58,765 nucleotides of DNA from a phage: sequence record PX530564.1. One strand, given 5' to 3'. Each line of letters starts with the position of its first letter. Within the stretch, counting starts at the first letter, position 1. The notes under the pieces were generated by a model that made no database searches, was not told the origin of the DNA, and worked only from the letters and a program-made list of their open reading frames with translations. The position numbers were made by a program, and so were the translations under genes. Positions 29,932 to 41,421 of this stretch are shown in pieces.

Positions 29932-30386
29932 ATGCTTAATTGCTCCAAAACGTGTATAGCATGTGGTGAGATGAAACCACTGAATATGTACTCGAAAAAT
30001 GCAGCATCGCGAGATGGTCACATCGGTACGTGTAAGAAATGCAAGGCAAAGCAACAAAGGGAACGAAGAGCCAAGGCAAAGGCTTCTGGTGCGCCAACTG
30101 AGAAGGCAATCAAGGATGCCAAGCGTAGACGAAACAATCACCTGAAAATTAGTTACGGTATCGACGAATCAGTGTACAAAAAGATGTACGAAGAACAACA
30201 CGGCGTCTGCGCCATATGTAAACAACCTGAAAGCATTGAGGGTAGGCGACTATGTGTTGACCATTCGCACATGACAGGAGACGTAAGGGTCTTCTGTGCT
30301 CAAACTGCAACAGAGGAATAGGCCTTCTTAAAGACTCACCTGAACTATTACGCAACGCTTTCTATTATTTAACTGGTAAACTCTAA
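29932..30386 (+). pseudogene. Endonuclease VII-type (His-Cys box) homing-endonuclease-like gene with apparent 1-nt frameshift
   Basis: ORF 29932..30321 carries CAICKQP..LCVDHSHMTGDVR; the motif continues in the +1 frame (GLLCSNCNRGIGLLKDSPELLRNAFYYL) to TAA 30384-30386; break is in the G-run at 30287-30289. Confidence 0.7.
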
Positions 30387-30399
30387 AGGACACACTGTA

Positions 30400-31479
30400 A
30401 TGAACATTACCGACATCATGAACGCTATCGACGCAATCAAAGCACTGCCAATCTGTGAACTTGATAAGCGTCAAAGTATGCTCATTGATTTGCTGGTCGA
30501 GATGGTCAACAACGAAACGTGTGACGGTGAAATCACCAAGCTGGACAAGCCGCTTGAATATCAGGACTGGTGGACTACCTTAAGGTGCCTGACTACTGAC
30601 GCTGGCTTCACGATGCTCGGTAATGGTCACTTCTCCGCTGCATATAGTCACCCACTGCTGCCTAACAGAGTGATTAAGGTGGGCTTTAAGAAAGAGGATT
30701 CAGGCGCTGCGTATATCGCATTCTGCCGCATGTATCAGGGTCGCGCTGGTATCCCTAACGTCTACGATGTTCAACGCCATGCAGGCTGCTATACGGTGGT
30801 TCTTGATGCCCTGAATGAATGTGAGCGAGACGATAACTATGAGCACGACAAATACGCTGAGATTGCAAGCGACATCATTGACTGCAACTCTGATATGCAC
30901 GATTGGCGTGGCGGATGGGTTGGGGAGTTCGTCGAAACTTGCAAACTAATCCGCAAGTTCTTTGAGGGCATCGCTTCGTTCGACATGCACAGCGGGAACA
31001 TCATGTTCGACGATAATGACGTACCGTACATTACCGACCCTGTGTCATTCTCACAGAAGAAAGATGGTGGCGTGTTCAGCATGGACCCTGAGGAACTCAT
31101 CAAGGAAGTCGAGGAAGTCGCACGACAGAAAGAAATTGACCGCGCCAAGGAACGTAAAGAACGCCATGAGGGACGATTACAAGCGCGTAGAGTCAAACGC
31201 ATTAATCGCAAGGCACGTAAGGCACACCGCGCTAAGCGTGAAAGGATGCTTGCTGCGTGGCGCATGGCTGAGCGTCACGAACGGCGTAACCATGAGGTAG
31301 CTGTAGATGTGCTAGGAAGAACCAATAACGCTATGCTCTGGGCGCACATGTTCGCTGGGGACTTTAAGGCGCTTGAGGAACGAATCGCAGCGCACTGGTT
31401 CCAAGCTGACCGCATGGCTATAGCTAATGGTCTTCCACTAAACATTGATAAGAAACTTGACGCAATGCTAATGGGATGA
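30400..31479 (+). CDS. 0.7: gene 0.7 protein kinase / host transcription shut-off protein (359 aa)
   Basis: ORF track; [25 protein letters not shown].. full length as T7 gp0.7. Confidence 0.9.
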   Translation: MNITDIMNAIDAIKALPICELDKRQSMLIDLLVEMVNNETCDGEITKLDKPLEYQDWWTTLRCLTTDAGFTMLGNGHFSAAYSHPLLPNRVIKVGFKKEDSGAAYIAFCRMYQGRAGIPNVYDVQRHAGCYTVVLDALNECERDDNYEHDKYAEIASDIIDCNSDMHDWRGGWVGEFVETCKLIRKFFEGIASFDMHSGNIMFDDNDVPYITDPVSFSQKKDGGVFSMDPEELIKEVEEVARQKEIDRAKERKERHEGRLQARRVKRINRKARKAHRAKRERMLAAWRMAERHERRNHEVAVDVLGRTNNAMLWAHMFAGDFKALEERIAAHWFQADRMAIANGLPLNIDKKLDAMLMG

Positions 31480-31549
31480 TAGTCTTATCTTACAGGTCAT
31501 CTGCGGGTGGCCTGAAATAGATACGATTACTGACCGAAAGAGGTACAAA

Positions 31550-34201
31550 ATGAGCACGATTAACATCGCTAAGAACGATTTCTCTGACATCGAACTGGCT
31601 GCTATCCCGTTCAACACTCTGGCTGACCACTATGGTGAGCGTCTAGCTCGCGAACAGTTGGCCCTTGAGCATGAGTCTTACGAGATGGGCGAGGCACGTT
31701 TCCGCAAGATGTTTGAGCGTCAACTCAAGGCCGGTGAGGTTGCAGACAATGCGGCTGCTAAGCCACTGATTACTACTCTACTGCCCAAGATGGTTACACG
31801 CATCAACGACTGGTTTGAGGAAGTGAAAGCTAAGCGTGGCAAACGTCCAACCGCTTTCCAGTTCCTGCAAGGAATCAAGCCGGAAGCCGTAGCGTATATC
31901 ACCATTAAGACTACTCTTGCTTGCCTAACGAGCGTAGACAATACAACCGTTCAGGCTGTAGCAAGCGCCATCGGACGGGCTATCGAGGAAGAGGCTCGCT
32001 TCGGTCGAATCCGTGACCTAGAAGCTAAGCACTTCAAGAAAAACGTTGAGGAACAACTAAACAAGCGCGTAGGGCACGTCTATAAGAAAGCATTCATGCA
32101 AGTAGTAGAGGCCGATATGCTCTCTAAGGGTCTACTCGGTGGCGAGGCGTGGTCTACATGGCACAAGGAAGATTCCATTCACGTAGGTGTGCGCTGCATT
32201 GAGATGCTCATTGAGTCCACCGGAATGGTTAGCTTGCACCGCCAAAATGCTGGCGTAGTGGGCCAAGACTCTGAGACTATCGAGCTGGCACACGAATACG
32301 CTGAGGCTATCGCAACACGGGCTGGGGCACTGGCGGGTATCTCTCCGATGTATCAGCCTTGCATAGTACCGCCTAAACCTTGGACCGGTGTAACTGGTGG
32401 TGGATACTGGGCCAACGGTCGCCGTCCACTGGTACTGGTGCGTACCCACAGCAAGAAGGCACTGATGCGCTACGAAGATGTTTACATGCCTGAGGTATAC
32501 AAGGCGATCAACATTGCGCAAAACACCGCTTGGAAAATCAACAAGAAAGTCCTAGCGGTCGCCAACGTAATCACCAAGTGGAAGCACTGCCCGGTCGAGG
32601 ACATCCCAGCGATTGAACGTGAAGAACTCCCGATGAAACCGGAAGACATCGACACGAATCCTGAGGCTCTCACTGCATGGAAACGTGCCGCTGCCGCTGT
32701 GTACCGTAAAGACAAGGCTCGCAAGTCTCGCCGCATAAGCCTTGAGTTCATGCTTGAGCAAGCCAATAAGTTCGCTAACCATAAGGCCATCTGGTTCCCT
32801 TACAACATGGACTGGCGCGGTCGTGTTTACGCTGTGTCAATGTTCAACCCGCAAGGTAACGACATGACCAAGGGACTGCTGACACTGGCTAAGGGTAAAC
32901 CAATCGGTAAAGAAGGTTACTACTGGCTGAAAATCCACGGTGCAAACTGTGCGGGTGTCGATAAGGTTCCGTTCCCTGAGCGCATCAAGTTCATTGAGGA
33001 CAACCACGAGAACATCATGGCTTGCGCTAAGTCTCCTCTGGAGAACACTTGGTGGGCTGAGCAAGATTCTCCGTTCTGCTTCCTTGCGTTCTGCTTTGAG
33101 TACGCTGGGGTACAACACCACGGCCTTAGCTACAACTGCTCTCTTCCGCTGGCGTTCGATGGGTCTTGCTCTGGTATTCAGCACTTCTCCGCGATGCTCC
33201 TTGATGAGATAGGTGGTCGTGCGGTTAACCTGCTGCCTAGTGAAACCGTTCAGGACATCTACGGGATTGTCGCTAAGAAAGTCAACGTGATTCTGCAAGA
33301 AGACGTAATCAACGGGACCGACAACGAAGTAGTTACCGTGACTGATGAGAACACTGGCGAAATCTCTGAGAAAGTTAAGCTGGGCACCAAGGCATTGGCT
33401 GGTCAGTGGTTGGCTTACGGTGTTACTCGCAGCGTGACTAAGCGTTCAGTCATGACGCTGGCTTACGGGTCCAAAGAGTTCGGCTTCCGTCAACAAGTGC
33501 TGGAAGATACCATTCAGCCAGCTATTGATTCCGGTAAAGGTCTGATGTTCACTCAACCGAATCAGGCCGCTGGATACATGGCGAAACTGATTTGGGAAGC
33601 TGTGAGCGTCACGGTGGTAGCTGCGGTTGAAGCAATGAACTGGCTTAAGTCTGCCGCTAAGCTGCTGGCTGCTGAGGTCAAAGATAAGAAGACTGGAGAG
33701 ATTCTTCGCAAGCGTTGCGCTGTGCATTGGGTAACTCCTGATGGGTTCCCAGTGTGGCAGGAATACAAGAAGCCAATTCAGACTCGCTTGAACCTGATGT
33801 TCCTCGGTCAGTTCCGCTTACAGCCGACCATTAACACCAACAAAGACAGCGAGATTGATGCACACAAACAGGAGTCCGGTATTGCTCCTAACTTTGTACA
33901 CAGCCAAGATGGTAGCCACCTGCGTAAGACTGTAGTGTGGGCGCATGAGAAGTACGGAATCGAATCATTTGCGTTGATTCACGACTCCTTCGGGACCATT
34001 CCGGCTGACGCTGCCAACCTGTTCAAAGCTGTTCGCGAAACTATGGTTGACACCTATGAGTCTTGCGATGTACTGGCTGACTTCTATGAGCAGTTCGCTG
34101 ACCAGTTACATGAGTCTCAATTGGATAAAATGCCAGCACTTCCGGCTAAAGGTAACTTGAATCTCCAAGACATCCTTAAGTCAGACTTCGCGTTCGCGTA
34201 A
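31550..34201 (+). CDS. 1: gene 1 single-subunit DNA-dependent RNA polymerase (883 aa)
   Basis: ORF track; near-identical to T7 RNAP (MSTINIAKNDFSDIELAAIPFNTLADHYGERLAREQ.. ..DFAFA). Confidence 0.98.
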   Translation: MSTINIAKNDFSDIELAAIPFNTLADHYGERLAREQLALEHESYEMGEARFRKMFERQLKAGEVADNAAAKPLITTLLPKMVTRINDWFEEVKAKRGKRPTAFQFLQGIKPEAVAYITIKTTLACLTSVDNTTVQAVASAIGRAIEEEARFGRIRDLEAKHFKKNVEEQLNKRVGHVYKKAFMQVVEADMLSKGLLGGEAWSTWHKEDSIHVGVRCIEMLIESTGMVSLHRQNAGVVGQDSETIELAHEYAEAIATRAGALAGISPMYQPCIVPPKPWTGVTGGGYWANGRRPLVLVRTHSKKALMRYEDVYMPEVYKAINIAQNTAWKINKKVLAVANVITKWKHCPVEDIPAIEREELPMKPEDIDTNPEALTAWKRAAAAVYRKDKARKSRRISLEFMLEQANKFANHKAIWFPYNMDWRGRVYAVSMFNPQGNDMTKGLLTLAKGKPIGKEGYYWLKIHGANCAGVDKVPFPERIKFIEDNHENIMACAKSPLENTWWAEQDSPFCFLAFCFEYAGVQHHGLSYNCSLPLAFDGSCSGIQHFSAMLLDEIGGRAVNLLPSETVQDIYGIVAKKVNVILQEDVINGTDNEVVTVTDENTGEISEKVKLGTKALAGQWLAYGVTRSVTKRSVMTLAYGSKEFGFRQQVLEDTIQPAIDSGKGLMFTQPNQAAGYMAKLIWEAVSVTVVAAVEAMNWLKSAAKLLAAEVKDKKTGEILRKRCAVHWVTPDGFPVWQEYKKPIQTRLNLMFLGQFRLQPTINTNKDSEIDAHKQESGIAPNFVHSQDGSHLRKTVVWAHEKYGIESFALIHDSFGTIPADAANLFKAVRETMVDTYESCDVLADFYEQFADQLHESQLDKMPALPAKGNLNLQDILKSDFAFA

Positions 34202-34209
34202 CGTCAAAT

Positions 34210-34232
34210 TAATACGACTCACTATAGAGGGG
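34210..34232 (+). promoter_or_regulatory. T7 RNAP promoter phi1.1A-like
   Basis: TAATACGACTCACTATAGAGGGA immediately after gene 1. Confidence 0.85.
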
Positions 34233-34233
34233 A

Positions 34234-34275
34234 CAAACTCAAGGTCATTCGCAAGAGTGGCCTTTATGATTGACC
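34234..34275 (+). promoter_or_regulatory. RNase III processing hairpin (R1.1-like)
   Basis: CAAACTCAAGGTCATTCGCAAGAGTGGCCTTTATGATTGACC. Confidence 0.45.
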
Positions 34276-34298
34276 TTCTTCCGGTTAATACGACTCAC
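34276..34298 (+). promoter_or_regulatory. T7 RNAP promoter phi1.1B-like
   Basis: TAATACGACTCACTATAGGAGAA. Confidence 0.85.
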
Positions 34299-34386
34299 TA
34301 TAGGAGAACCTTAAGGTTTAACTTTAAGACCCTTAAGTGTTAATTAAAGATTTAAATTAAAGAATTACTAAGAGAGGACTTTAAGT
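34299..34386 (+). other. AT-rich tract downstream of phi1.1A/B; candidate primary origin of replication
   Basis: About 75% A+T (..TTTAACTTTAAGACCCTTAAGTGTTAATTAAAGATTTAAATTAAAGAATTAC..) at the position of the T7 primary origin. Confidence 0.4.
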
Positions 34387-34515
34387 ATGCGTAACTTCGA
34401 AAAGATGACCAAACGTTCTACCCGTAATGCTCATGACTTCGAGGCAACTAAAGGTCGCAAGTTGAATAAGACTAAGCGTGACCGTTCCCATAAGCGTAGC
34501 TGGGAGGGTCAGTAA
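34387..34515 (+). CDS. 1.1: gene 1.1 basic protein (42 aa)
   Basis: ATG 34387, MRNFEKMTKRSTRNAHDFEATKGRKLNKTKRDRSHKRSWEGQ. Confidence 0.7.
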   Translation: MRNFEKMTKRSTRNAHDFEATKGRKLNKTKRDRSHKRSWEGQ

Positions 34516-34516
34516 G

Positions 34517-34774
34517 ATGGGACGTTTATACAGTGGGAACTTGAATGACTTCAAGGATGCTTGCAACAGGCTCTACCAGTTAGACTTTGCTGTTATTTGT
34601 GATGAATGGCATGATGCTTACAAACGCCTTGCGTGTATACGTCTACGCGTAGAGGACAGGGCTGGAAATCTGATTGATACCAATACGTTCTGTCACCACG
34701 ATGAAGACGTCTTGTACAATACGTGTACTGACTGGCTGAACCGTATGTACGACCAGTTGAAGGACTGGAAGTAA
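34517..34774 (+). CDS. 1.2: gene 1.2 protein (85 aa; dGTPase inhibitor in T7)
   Basis: ATG 34517 inside ORF 34478..34774; MGRLYSGNLNDFKDACNRLYQLDFAVICDEWHDAYKR.. Confidence 0.85.
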   Translation: MGRLYSGNLNDFKDACNRLYQLDFAVICDEWHDAYKRLACIRLRVEDRAGNLIDTNTFCHHDEDVLYNTCTDWLNRMYDQLKDWK

Positions 34775-34794
34775 TACGACTCAGTATAGGGACA
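34772..34794 (+). promoter_or_regulatory. T7 RNAP promoter phi1.3-like
   Basis: TAATACGACTCAGTATAGGGACA overlapping 1.2 stop. Confidence 0.75.
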
Positions 34795-34830
34795 ATGCTT
34801 AAGGTCGCTCATTGAGTGGCCTTAGTCATT
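34795..34830 (+). promoter_or_regulatory. RNase III processing hairpin (R1.3-like)
   Basis: AATGCTTAAGGTCGCTCATTGAGTGGCCTTAGTCATT. Confidence 0.4.
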
Positions 34831-34852
34831 TAACCAATAGGAGATAAACATT

Positions 34853-35878
34853 ATGATGAACATTAAGACCAACCCATTCAAAGCCGTGTCTTTCATAGAG
34901 TCTGCCATTAAGAAAGCTCTGGATAACGCTGGGTATCTTATTGCTGACATTAAGTACGATGGTGTGCGTGGTAACATCTGCGTAGACAATACCGCTAACT
35001 GCTGCTGGCTCTCTCGTGTATCCAAACCGATTCCGGCACTGTCTTACCTTAATGGGTTCGACGCACGTTGGCAGCGTCTACTAAAGGATGACCGTTGCTT
35101 CTACCCTGATGGCTTCATGCTGGATTGCGAACTTATGGTCAAGGGAGTGGACTTCAACACTGGCTCCGGCCTTCTGCGGACCAAGTGGCTCAACAAGAAG
35201 AACATGCAGTTCGATATTGGAGGTCCGTATGAATCGTGGGACGTGAGCCTGAAGGGACTTCCTTTCGGTATTGACCCGAACTTACTAACAGTTAAACTCT
35301 ACGCTATCCTTCCGTACCACATTGTGGAATCTGGGGAAGACTGTGATGTCATGACGTTGCTCATGCAGGAACACGTTAAGAACATGCTGCCTCTGCTACA
35401 GGAATACTTTCCTGAAATCGAATGGCAAGCGGCTGAGTCTTACGAGGTTTACGACATGGTAGAACTACAGCAACTGTACGAGAAGAAGCGTGAAGAAGGG
35501 CATGAGGGTCTCATTGTGAAAGACCCGATGTGCATCTACAAGCGCGGTAAGAAGTCCGGCTGGTGGAAACTTAAGCCTCTTGAGGAAGCTGACGGTATCA
35601 TTCAAGGTGTAAACTGGGGAACCGAAGGGCTTGCTAACGAAGGTAAGGTAATTGGATTCAAGGTGCTTCTTGAGACTGGTCGTCTTGTGGATGCCAATAA
35701 CATCTCTCGCGCCTTAATGGATGAATTTACAGCTAACGTTAAAGAACATGGCGAGGACTATTATAATGGCTGGGCTTGCCAGATTGGATTTATGGAGGAA
35801 ACACCAGATGGCTCATTGCGTCACCCGTCCTTCACCTGCTTCCGAGGAACTGAGGACAATCCGAAAGAGAAAGTATAA
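34853..35878 (+). CDS. 1.3: gene 1.3 ATP-dependent DNA ligase (341 aa)
   Basis: ORF track; adenylation-site motif ..IADIKYDGVRG.. and C-terminus ..ETPDGSLRHPSFTCFRGTEDNPKEKV. Confidence 0.92.
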   Translation: MMNIKTNPFKAVSFIESAIKKALDNAGYLIADIKYDGVRGNICVDNTANCCWLSRVSKPIPALSYLNGFDARWQRLLKDDRCFYPDGFMLDCELMVKGVDFNTGSGLLRTKWLNKKNMQFDIGGPYESWDVSLKGLPFGIDPNLLTVKLYAILPYHIVESGEDCDVMTLLMQEHVKNMLPLLQEYFPEIEWQAAESYEVYDMVELQQLYEKKREEGHEGLIVKDPMCIYKRGKKSGWWKLKPLEEADGIIQGVNWGTEGLANEGKVIGFKVLLETGRLVDANNISRALMDEFTANVKEHGEDYYNGWACQIGFMEETPDGSLRHPSFTCFRGTEDNPKEKV

Positions 35879-36278
35879 GTATAACCCTGCGGCTCCTTCG
35901 GGAGTCATTTCTGCCTCTGGTAAACCCATAGGGTACAAGCGGAAAGATGGGTATTGGGTTCTTTCTTATGGAGGAAAGCAGTTACTTGCACACAGGGTGG
36001 TCTGGATGCTTAACTTCGGTGCAATACCCGATGGAATGGTGATAGACCACATTAACAGAAACCCTAGCGACAACCGCATAGAGAATCTTCGAGTAGTAAC
36101 TCAATCAGCTAACCTAAGGAATGTAGGCGTCCGGTCTCACTGTAGGAGTGGAGAGAAGTTTATCTCCCTTGATGTGAGAACCGGACGTTTTTCCGTTCGT
36201 ATCAGGAGAAAATCCTATGGAACATATGGTACTCTCGAAGAGGCTATAGCTGTGCGCGATGCTAATACGACTCACTAA
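35808..36278 (+). CDS. HNH homing-endonuclease-like protein (about 156 aa) between ligase and gene 1.5
   Basis: ATG 35808 with GGAGGA RBS, inside ORF 35721..36278; motif ..GMVIDHINRNPSDNRIENLRVVTQSAN..; overlaps ligase 3' end by 71 nt; stop is the TAA of the phi1.5 promoter. Confidence 0.7.
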   Translation: MAHCVTRPSPASEELRTIRKRKYKYNPAAPSGVISASGKPIGYKRKDGYWVLSYGGKQLLAHRVVWMLNFGAIPDGMVIDHINRNPSDNRIENLRVVTQSANLRNVGVRSHCRSGEKFISLDVRTGRFSVRIRRKSYGTYGTLEEAIAVRDANTTH

Positions 36279-36285
36279 AGGAGGT
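36263..36285 (+). promoter_or_regulatory. T7 RNAP promoter phi1.5-like (block B copy)
   Basis: TAATACGACTCACTAAAGGAGGT. Confidence 0.85.
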
Positions 36286-36292
36286 ACACATC

Positions 36293-36382
36293 ATGATGTA
36301 CTTAATGCCATTACTCATTGTCATCATAGGATGCCTTGCGCTCCACTGTAGCGATGACGATATGCCAGATGGTCATGCTTAA
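36293..36382 (+). CDS. 1.5: gene 1.5 small membrane protein (29 aa), block B copy
   Basis: ATG 36293, MMYLMPLLIVIIGCLALHCSDDDMPDGHA, TAA 36380-36382. Confidence 0.65.
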   Translation: MMYLMPLLIVIIGCLALHCSDDDMPDGHA

Positions 36383-36402
36383 TACGACTCACTAAAGGAG
36401 AC
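36380..36402 (+). promoter_or_regulatory. T7 RNAP promoter phi1.6-like (block B copy)
   Basis: TAATACGACTCACTAAAGGAGAC. Confidence 0.85.
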
Positions 36403-36407
36403 ACTAT

Positions 36408-36668
36408 ATGTTTCGACTTCATTACAACAAAAGCATTAAGAATTTCACGGTTCGCCGTGCTGACCGTTCAATCGTATGTGCGAGCGAGCGCCGAGCTAAG
36501 TTACCTCTTATTGGTAACACAGTTCCTTTGGCACCGAGCGTCCACATCATTATCACCCGTGGTGACTTTGAGAAAGCAGTAGATAAGAAACGTCCGGTTC
36601 TTAGCGTGGCAGTGACCCGCTTCCCGTTCGTCCGTCTGTTACTCAAACGTATCAAGGAGGTGTTCTAA
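36408..36668 (+). CDS. 1.6: gene 1.6 protein (86 aa), block B copy
   Basis: ORF track; 5 aa differences from the copy at 231..491. Confidence 0.85.
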   Translation: MFRLHYNKSIKNFTVRRADRSIVCASERRAKLPLIGNTVPLAPSVHIIITRGDFEKAVDKKRPVLSVAVTRFPFVRLLLKRIKEVF

Positions 36669-36995
36669 TGACTATTAACCATAAAGAATATTGTCGCTCC
36701 GTACTTAGCTTTGGGTCGTGCGATTGTGGTGCCACTACGAACCACGTGTCCAACAAACAACAAGACGTAGACGGTGTTCGTACTCCGAGCCATTACATGC
36801 TGTTTGACGACATTGAGGCTATTGAAGTGATTGCCCGTTCGATGACCAGTGAGCAGTTCAAAGGGTACTGCTTCGGGAACGTACTTAAATATCGCCTACG
36901 TGCTGGTAAGAAATCCGAACTGGCTTACTTAGAGAAGGACATGGCGAAAGCTGAGTTCTACGGTGAACTGTACGAGAAACATAAGGATAAGTGCT

Positions 36996-37009
<14 letters not shown>
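36668..37009 (+). CDS. 1.7: gene 1.7 protein, short allele (113 aa)
   Basis: ORF track; conserved C-terminal half, N-terminal Cys-rich region largely absent relative to the 213-aa block A allele. Confidence 0.8.
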
Positions 37010-37329
<320 letters not shown>

Positions 37330-37332
<3 letters not shown>

Positions 37333-37352
37333 TACGACTCACTATTGGGGGA
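37330..37352 (+). promoter_or_regulatory. T7 RNAP promoter phi2.5-like (block B copy)
   Basis: TAATACGACTCACTATTGGGGGA. Confidence 0.75.
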
Positions 37353-37398
37353 AGACTCCCTCTGAGAAACTAAACGAAACCTAAAGGAGATTAACATT

Positions 37399-38097
37399 AT
37401 GGCTAAGAAGATTTTCACCTCTGCGCTGGGTACTGCTGAACCTTACGCTTACATCTCTAAGCCGGACTACGGCAACGAAGAGCGTGGCTTTGGGAACCCT
37501 CGCGGTGTCTACAAAGTTGACCTGACTATTCCCAACAAAGACCCGCGCTGCCAACGTATGGTCGATGAAATCGTGAAGTGCCACGAAGAGGCTTATGCTG
37601 CTGCCGTTGAGGAATACGAAGCGAACCCGCCTTCTGTAGCTCGTGGTAAGAAACCACTGAAACCGTATGAAGGCGACATGCCGTTCTTCGATAACGGTGA
37701 CGGTACGACTACCTTTAAGTTCAAATGCTACGCGTCTTTCCAAGACAAGAAGACCAAAGAGACCAAGCACATTAATCTGGTTGTGGTTGACTCCAAAGGT
37801 AAGAAGATGGAAGACGTTCCGATTATCGGTGGTGGCTCTAAACTGAAAGTAAAATACTCGCTGGTTCCGTACAAGTGGAACACCGCTGTAGGCGCGAGCG
37901 TTAAGCTACAACTGGAATCCGTAATGCTGGTCGAACTGGCTACCTTTGGTGGCGGTGAAGATGATTGGGCTGACGAAGTTGAAGAGAACGGCTATGTTGC
38001 CTCTGGTTCTGCCAAAGCGAGCAAACCACGCGACGAAGAAAGCTGGGACGAAGACGACGAAGAGTCCGAGGAAGTAGACGAAGACGGAGACTTCTAA
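37399..38097 (+). CDS. 2.5: gene 2.5 ssDNA-binding protein (232 aa), block B copy
   Basis: ORF track. Confidence 0.9.
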   Translation: MAKKIFTSALGTAEPYAYISKPDYGNEERGFGNPRGVYKVDLTIPNKDPRCQRMVDEIVKCHEEAYAAAVEEYEANPPSVARGKKPLKPYEGDMPFFDNGDGTTTFKFKCYASFQDKKTKETKHINLVVVDSKGKKMEDVPIIGGGSKLKVKYSLVPYKWNTAVGASVKLQLESVMLVELATFGGGEDDWADEVEENGYVASGSAKASKPRDEESWDEDDEESEEVDEDGDF

Positions 38098-38553
38098 GTG
38101 GCTGGCGCATACGCTGCGCGTGGTATCAGAAAGGTCGGGACATTCCGTTCCGGCCTAGAAGATAAGGTCTCTAAGCAGCTAGAGGGTAAGGGTATTAAGT
38201 TCGATTATGAACTGTGGAAAATCCCTTACGTTGTCCCTGCGAGCAACCATGTGTATACTCCAGACTTCCTGCTGCCTAACGGAATCTTTATTGAAACCAA
38301 AGGTTTATGGGAGAGTGACGACCGAAAGAAACACTTATTGATTCGCGAACAGTTTCCTGAACTGGACATCCGTCTGGTGTTCTCAAGCTCACGCACCAAG
38401 CTATACAAAGGGTCTCCGACCAGTTACGGCGAATGGTGTGAGAAGCACGGTATTCTGTTTGCTGACAAATTAATTCCTGTAGAATGGCTCAAAGAACCCA
38501 AAAAGGAGGTGCCATTTGACAAGCTGAAACAATCGAAGGGAGGAAAGAAATAA
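38098..38553 (+). CDS. 3: gene 3 endonuclease I, block B copy
   Basis: ORF track, GTG start. Confidence 0.9.
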   Translation: MAGAYAARGIRKVGTFRSGLEDKVSKQLEGKGIKFDYELWKIPYVVPASNHVYTPDFLLPNGIFIETKGLWESDDRKKHLLIREQFPELDIRLVFSSSRTKLYKGSPTSYGEWCEKHGILFADKLIPVEWLKEPKKEVPFDKLKQSKGGKK

Positions 38554-39008
38554 TGGCTCGTGTACAGTTTAAACAACGTGAATCCACTGACGCAATCTTT
38601 GTTCACTGCTCGGCTACCAAGCCAAGCCAGAATGTAGGTGTCCGTGAGATTCGTCAGTGGCATAAAGAGCAAGGTTGGCTTGATGTCGGGTATCACTTTA
38701 TCATCAAGCGTGATGGTACTGTAGATGAAGGCCGAGATGAGATGGCTGTAGGTTCTCACGCTAAGGGTTACAACCACAACTCTATTGGTGTCTGCCTTGT
38801 AGGTGGTATCGACGATAAAGGCAAGTTCGACGCTAACTTTACGCCAGCCCAAATGCAATCCCTTCGCTCACTGCTTGTCACACTGCTGGCTAAGTATGAA
38901 GGCGCTGTACTGAAAGCCCATCACGATGTCGCACCCAAGGCTTGCCCTTCGTTCGACCTTAAGCGTTGGTGGGAGAAGAACGAACTGGTCACTTCTGACC
39001 GTGGATAA
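38553..39008 (+). CDS. 3.5: gene 3.5 lysozyme / amidase, block B copy
   Basis: ORF track. Confidence 0.92.
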   Translation: MARVQFKQRESTDAIFVHCSATKPSQNVGVREIRQWHKEQGWLDVGYHFIIKRDGTVDEGRDEMAVGSHAKGYNHNSIGVCLVGGIDDKGKFDANFTPAQMQSLRSLLVTLLAKYEGAVLKAHHDVAPKACPSFDLKRWWEKNELVTSDRG

Positions 39009-39009
39009 T

Positions 39010-39034
39010 TAATTGAACTCACTAAAGGGAGACC
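39010..39034 (+). promoter_or_regulatory. T7 RNAP promoter phi3.8-like (block B copy)
   Basis: TAATTGAACTCACTAAAGGGAGACC. Confidence 0.75.
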
Positions 39035-39064
39035 ACAACGGTTTCCCTTTGTTCGCGTTGTTGA

Positions 39065-40537
<1,473 letters not shown>

Positions 40538-40631
40538 GGATAGGAACCGAGAAACCTGCCCGCGACCCGCCAAGGATAAGGCACTAGCTATGAGTCGAAT
40601 TCGGTCACTCATCGCATAAAAGAATAACAGG

Positions 40632-40660
40632 TTGACAGCCTCCTTTAAAAGCTGTAAGAT
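40632..40660 (+). promoter_or_regulatory. sigma70-like promoter inside the shared 137-bp block (block C copy)
   Basis: TTGACAGCCTCCTTTAAAAGCTGTAAGATGTACC; block 40531..40667 near-identical to 28663..28799. Confidence 0.45.
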
Positions 40661-40847
40661 GTACCACGAAATGACGGAACAGTGAGTCACCACACTGAAA
40701 GGTGATGCGGCCTAACGAAACCTGACCAAAGACGCTCTTTAACAATCTGGTAAACGGCTCTTGAGTGTACACACGTAGCGGATAACTCAAGGGTATCGCA
40801 AGGTGCCCTTTATGATATCCACTAACAACACTATGAGGTAACACACA

Positions 40848-41198
40848 ATGGCTATGTCTAACATGACTTATAACAACGTTTTCGATCACGCTTACGAAAT
40901 GCTGAAAGAAAACATCCGTTATGATGACATCCGTGACACTGATGACCTGCACGATGTAGTACACATGGCAGCCGATAGCGCCGTTCCGCACTATTACAGC
41001 GACATTTTCAGCGTAATGGCAAGCGAGGGCATTGACCTTGAGTTCGAAGACTCTGGTCTGATGCCGGACACCAAGGACGTAATCCGTATCCTGCAAGCGC
41101 GTATCTATGAGCAACTCACGATTGACCTCTGGGAAGACGCTGAGGACTTACTGAACGAGTACCTTGAGGAAGTCGAAGCAGAAGAGGACGAAGAGTAA
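40848..41198 (+). CDS. ocr: gene 0.3 Ocr anti-restriction protein (116 aa), second copy
   Basis: ORF track; one aa difference from the copy at 29071. Confidence 0.93.
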   Translation: MAMSNMTYNNVFDHAYEMLKENIRYDDIRDTDDLHDVVHMAADSAVPHYYSDIFSVMASEGIDLEFEDSGLMPDTKDVIRILQARIYEQLTIDLWEDAEDLLNEYLEEVEAEEDEE

Positions 41199-41353
41199 TG
41201 ACTAACAACACCACGCAATACGGTCTGACCGCTCAAACTGTACTGTTCTATAGCGACATGGTGCGCTGTGGCTTTAACTGGTCGCTCGCAATGGAACACC
41301 TTAAGGAACTGTACGAAAACAACAAGGCAATAGCCTTGGAGTCTGCCGAGTGA
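41198..41353 (+). CDS. 0.4: gene 0.4 protein (51 aa), second copy
   Basis: ATG 41198, TGA 41351-41353. Confidence 0.65.
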   Translation: MTNNTTQYGLTAQTVLFYSDMVRCGFNWSLAMEHLKELYENNKAIALESAE

Positions 41354-41421
41354 TAGGCTCAAGGTCGCTCGATATGAGTGGCCTTTATGATTATCACTTT
41401 ACTTGAATGGGAGTAATGCAC

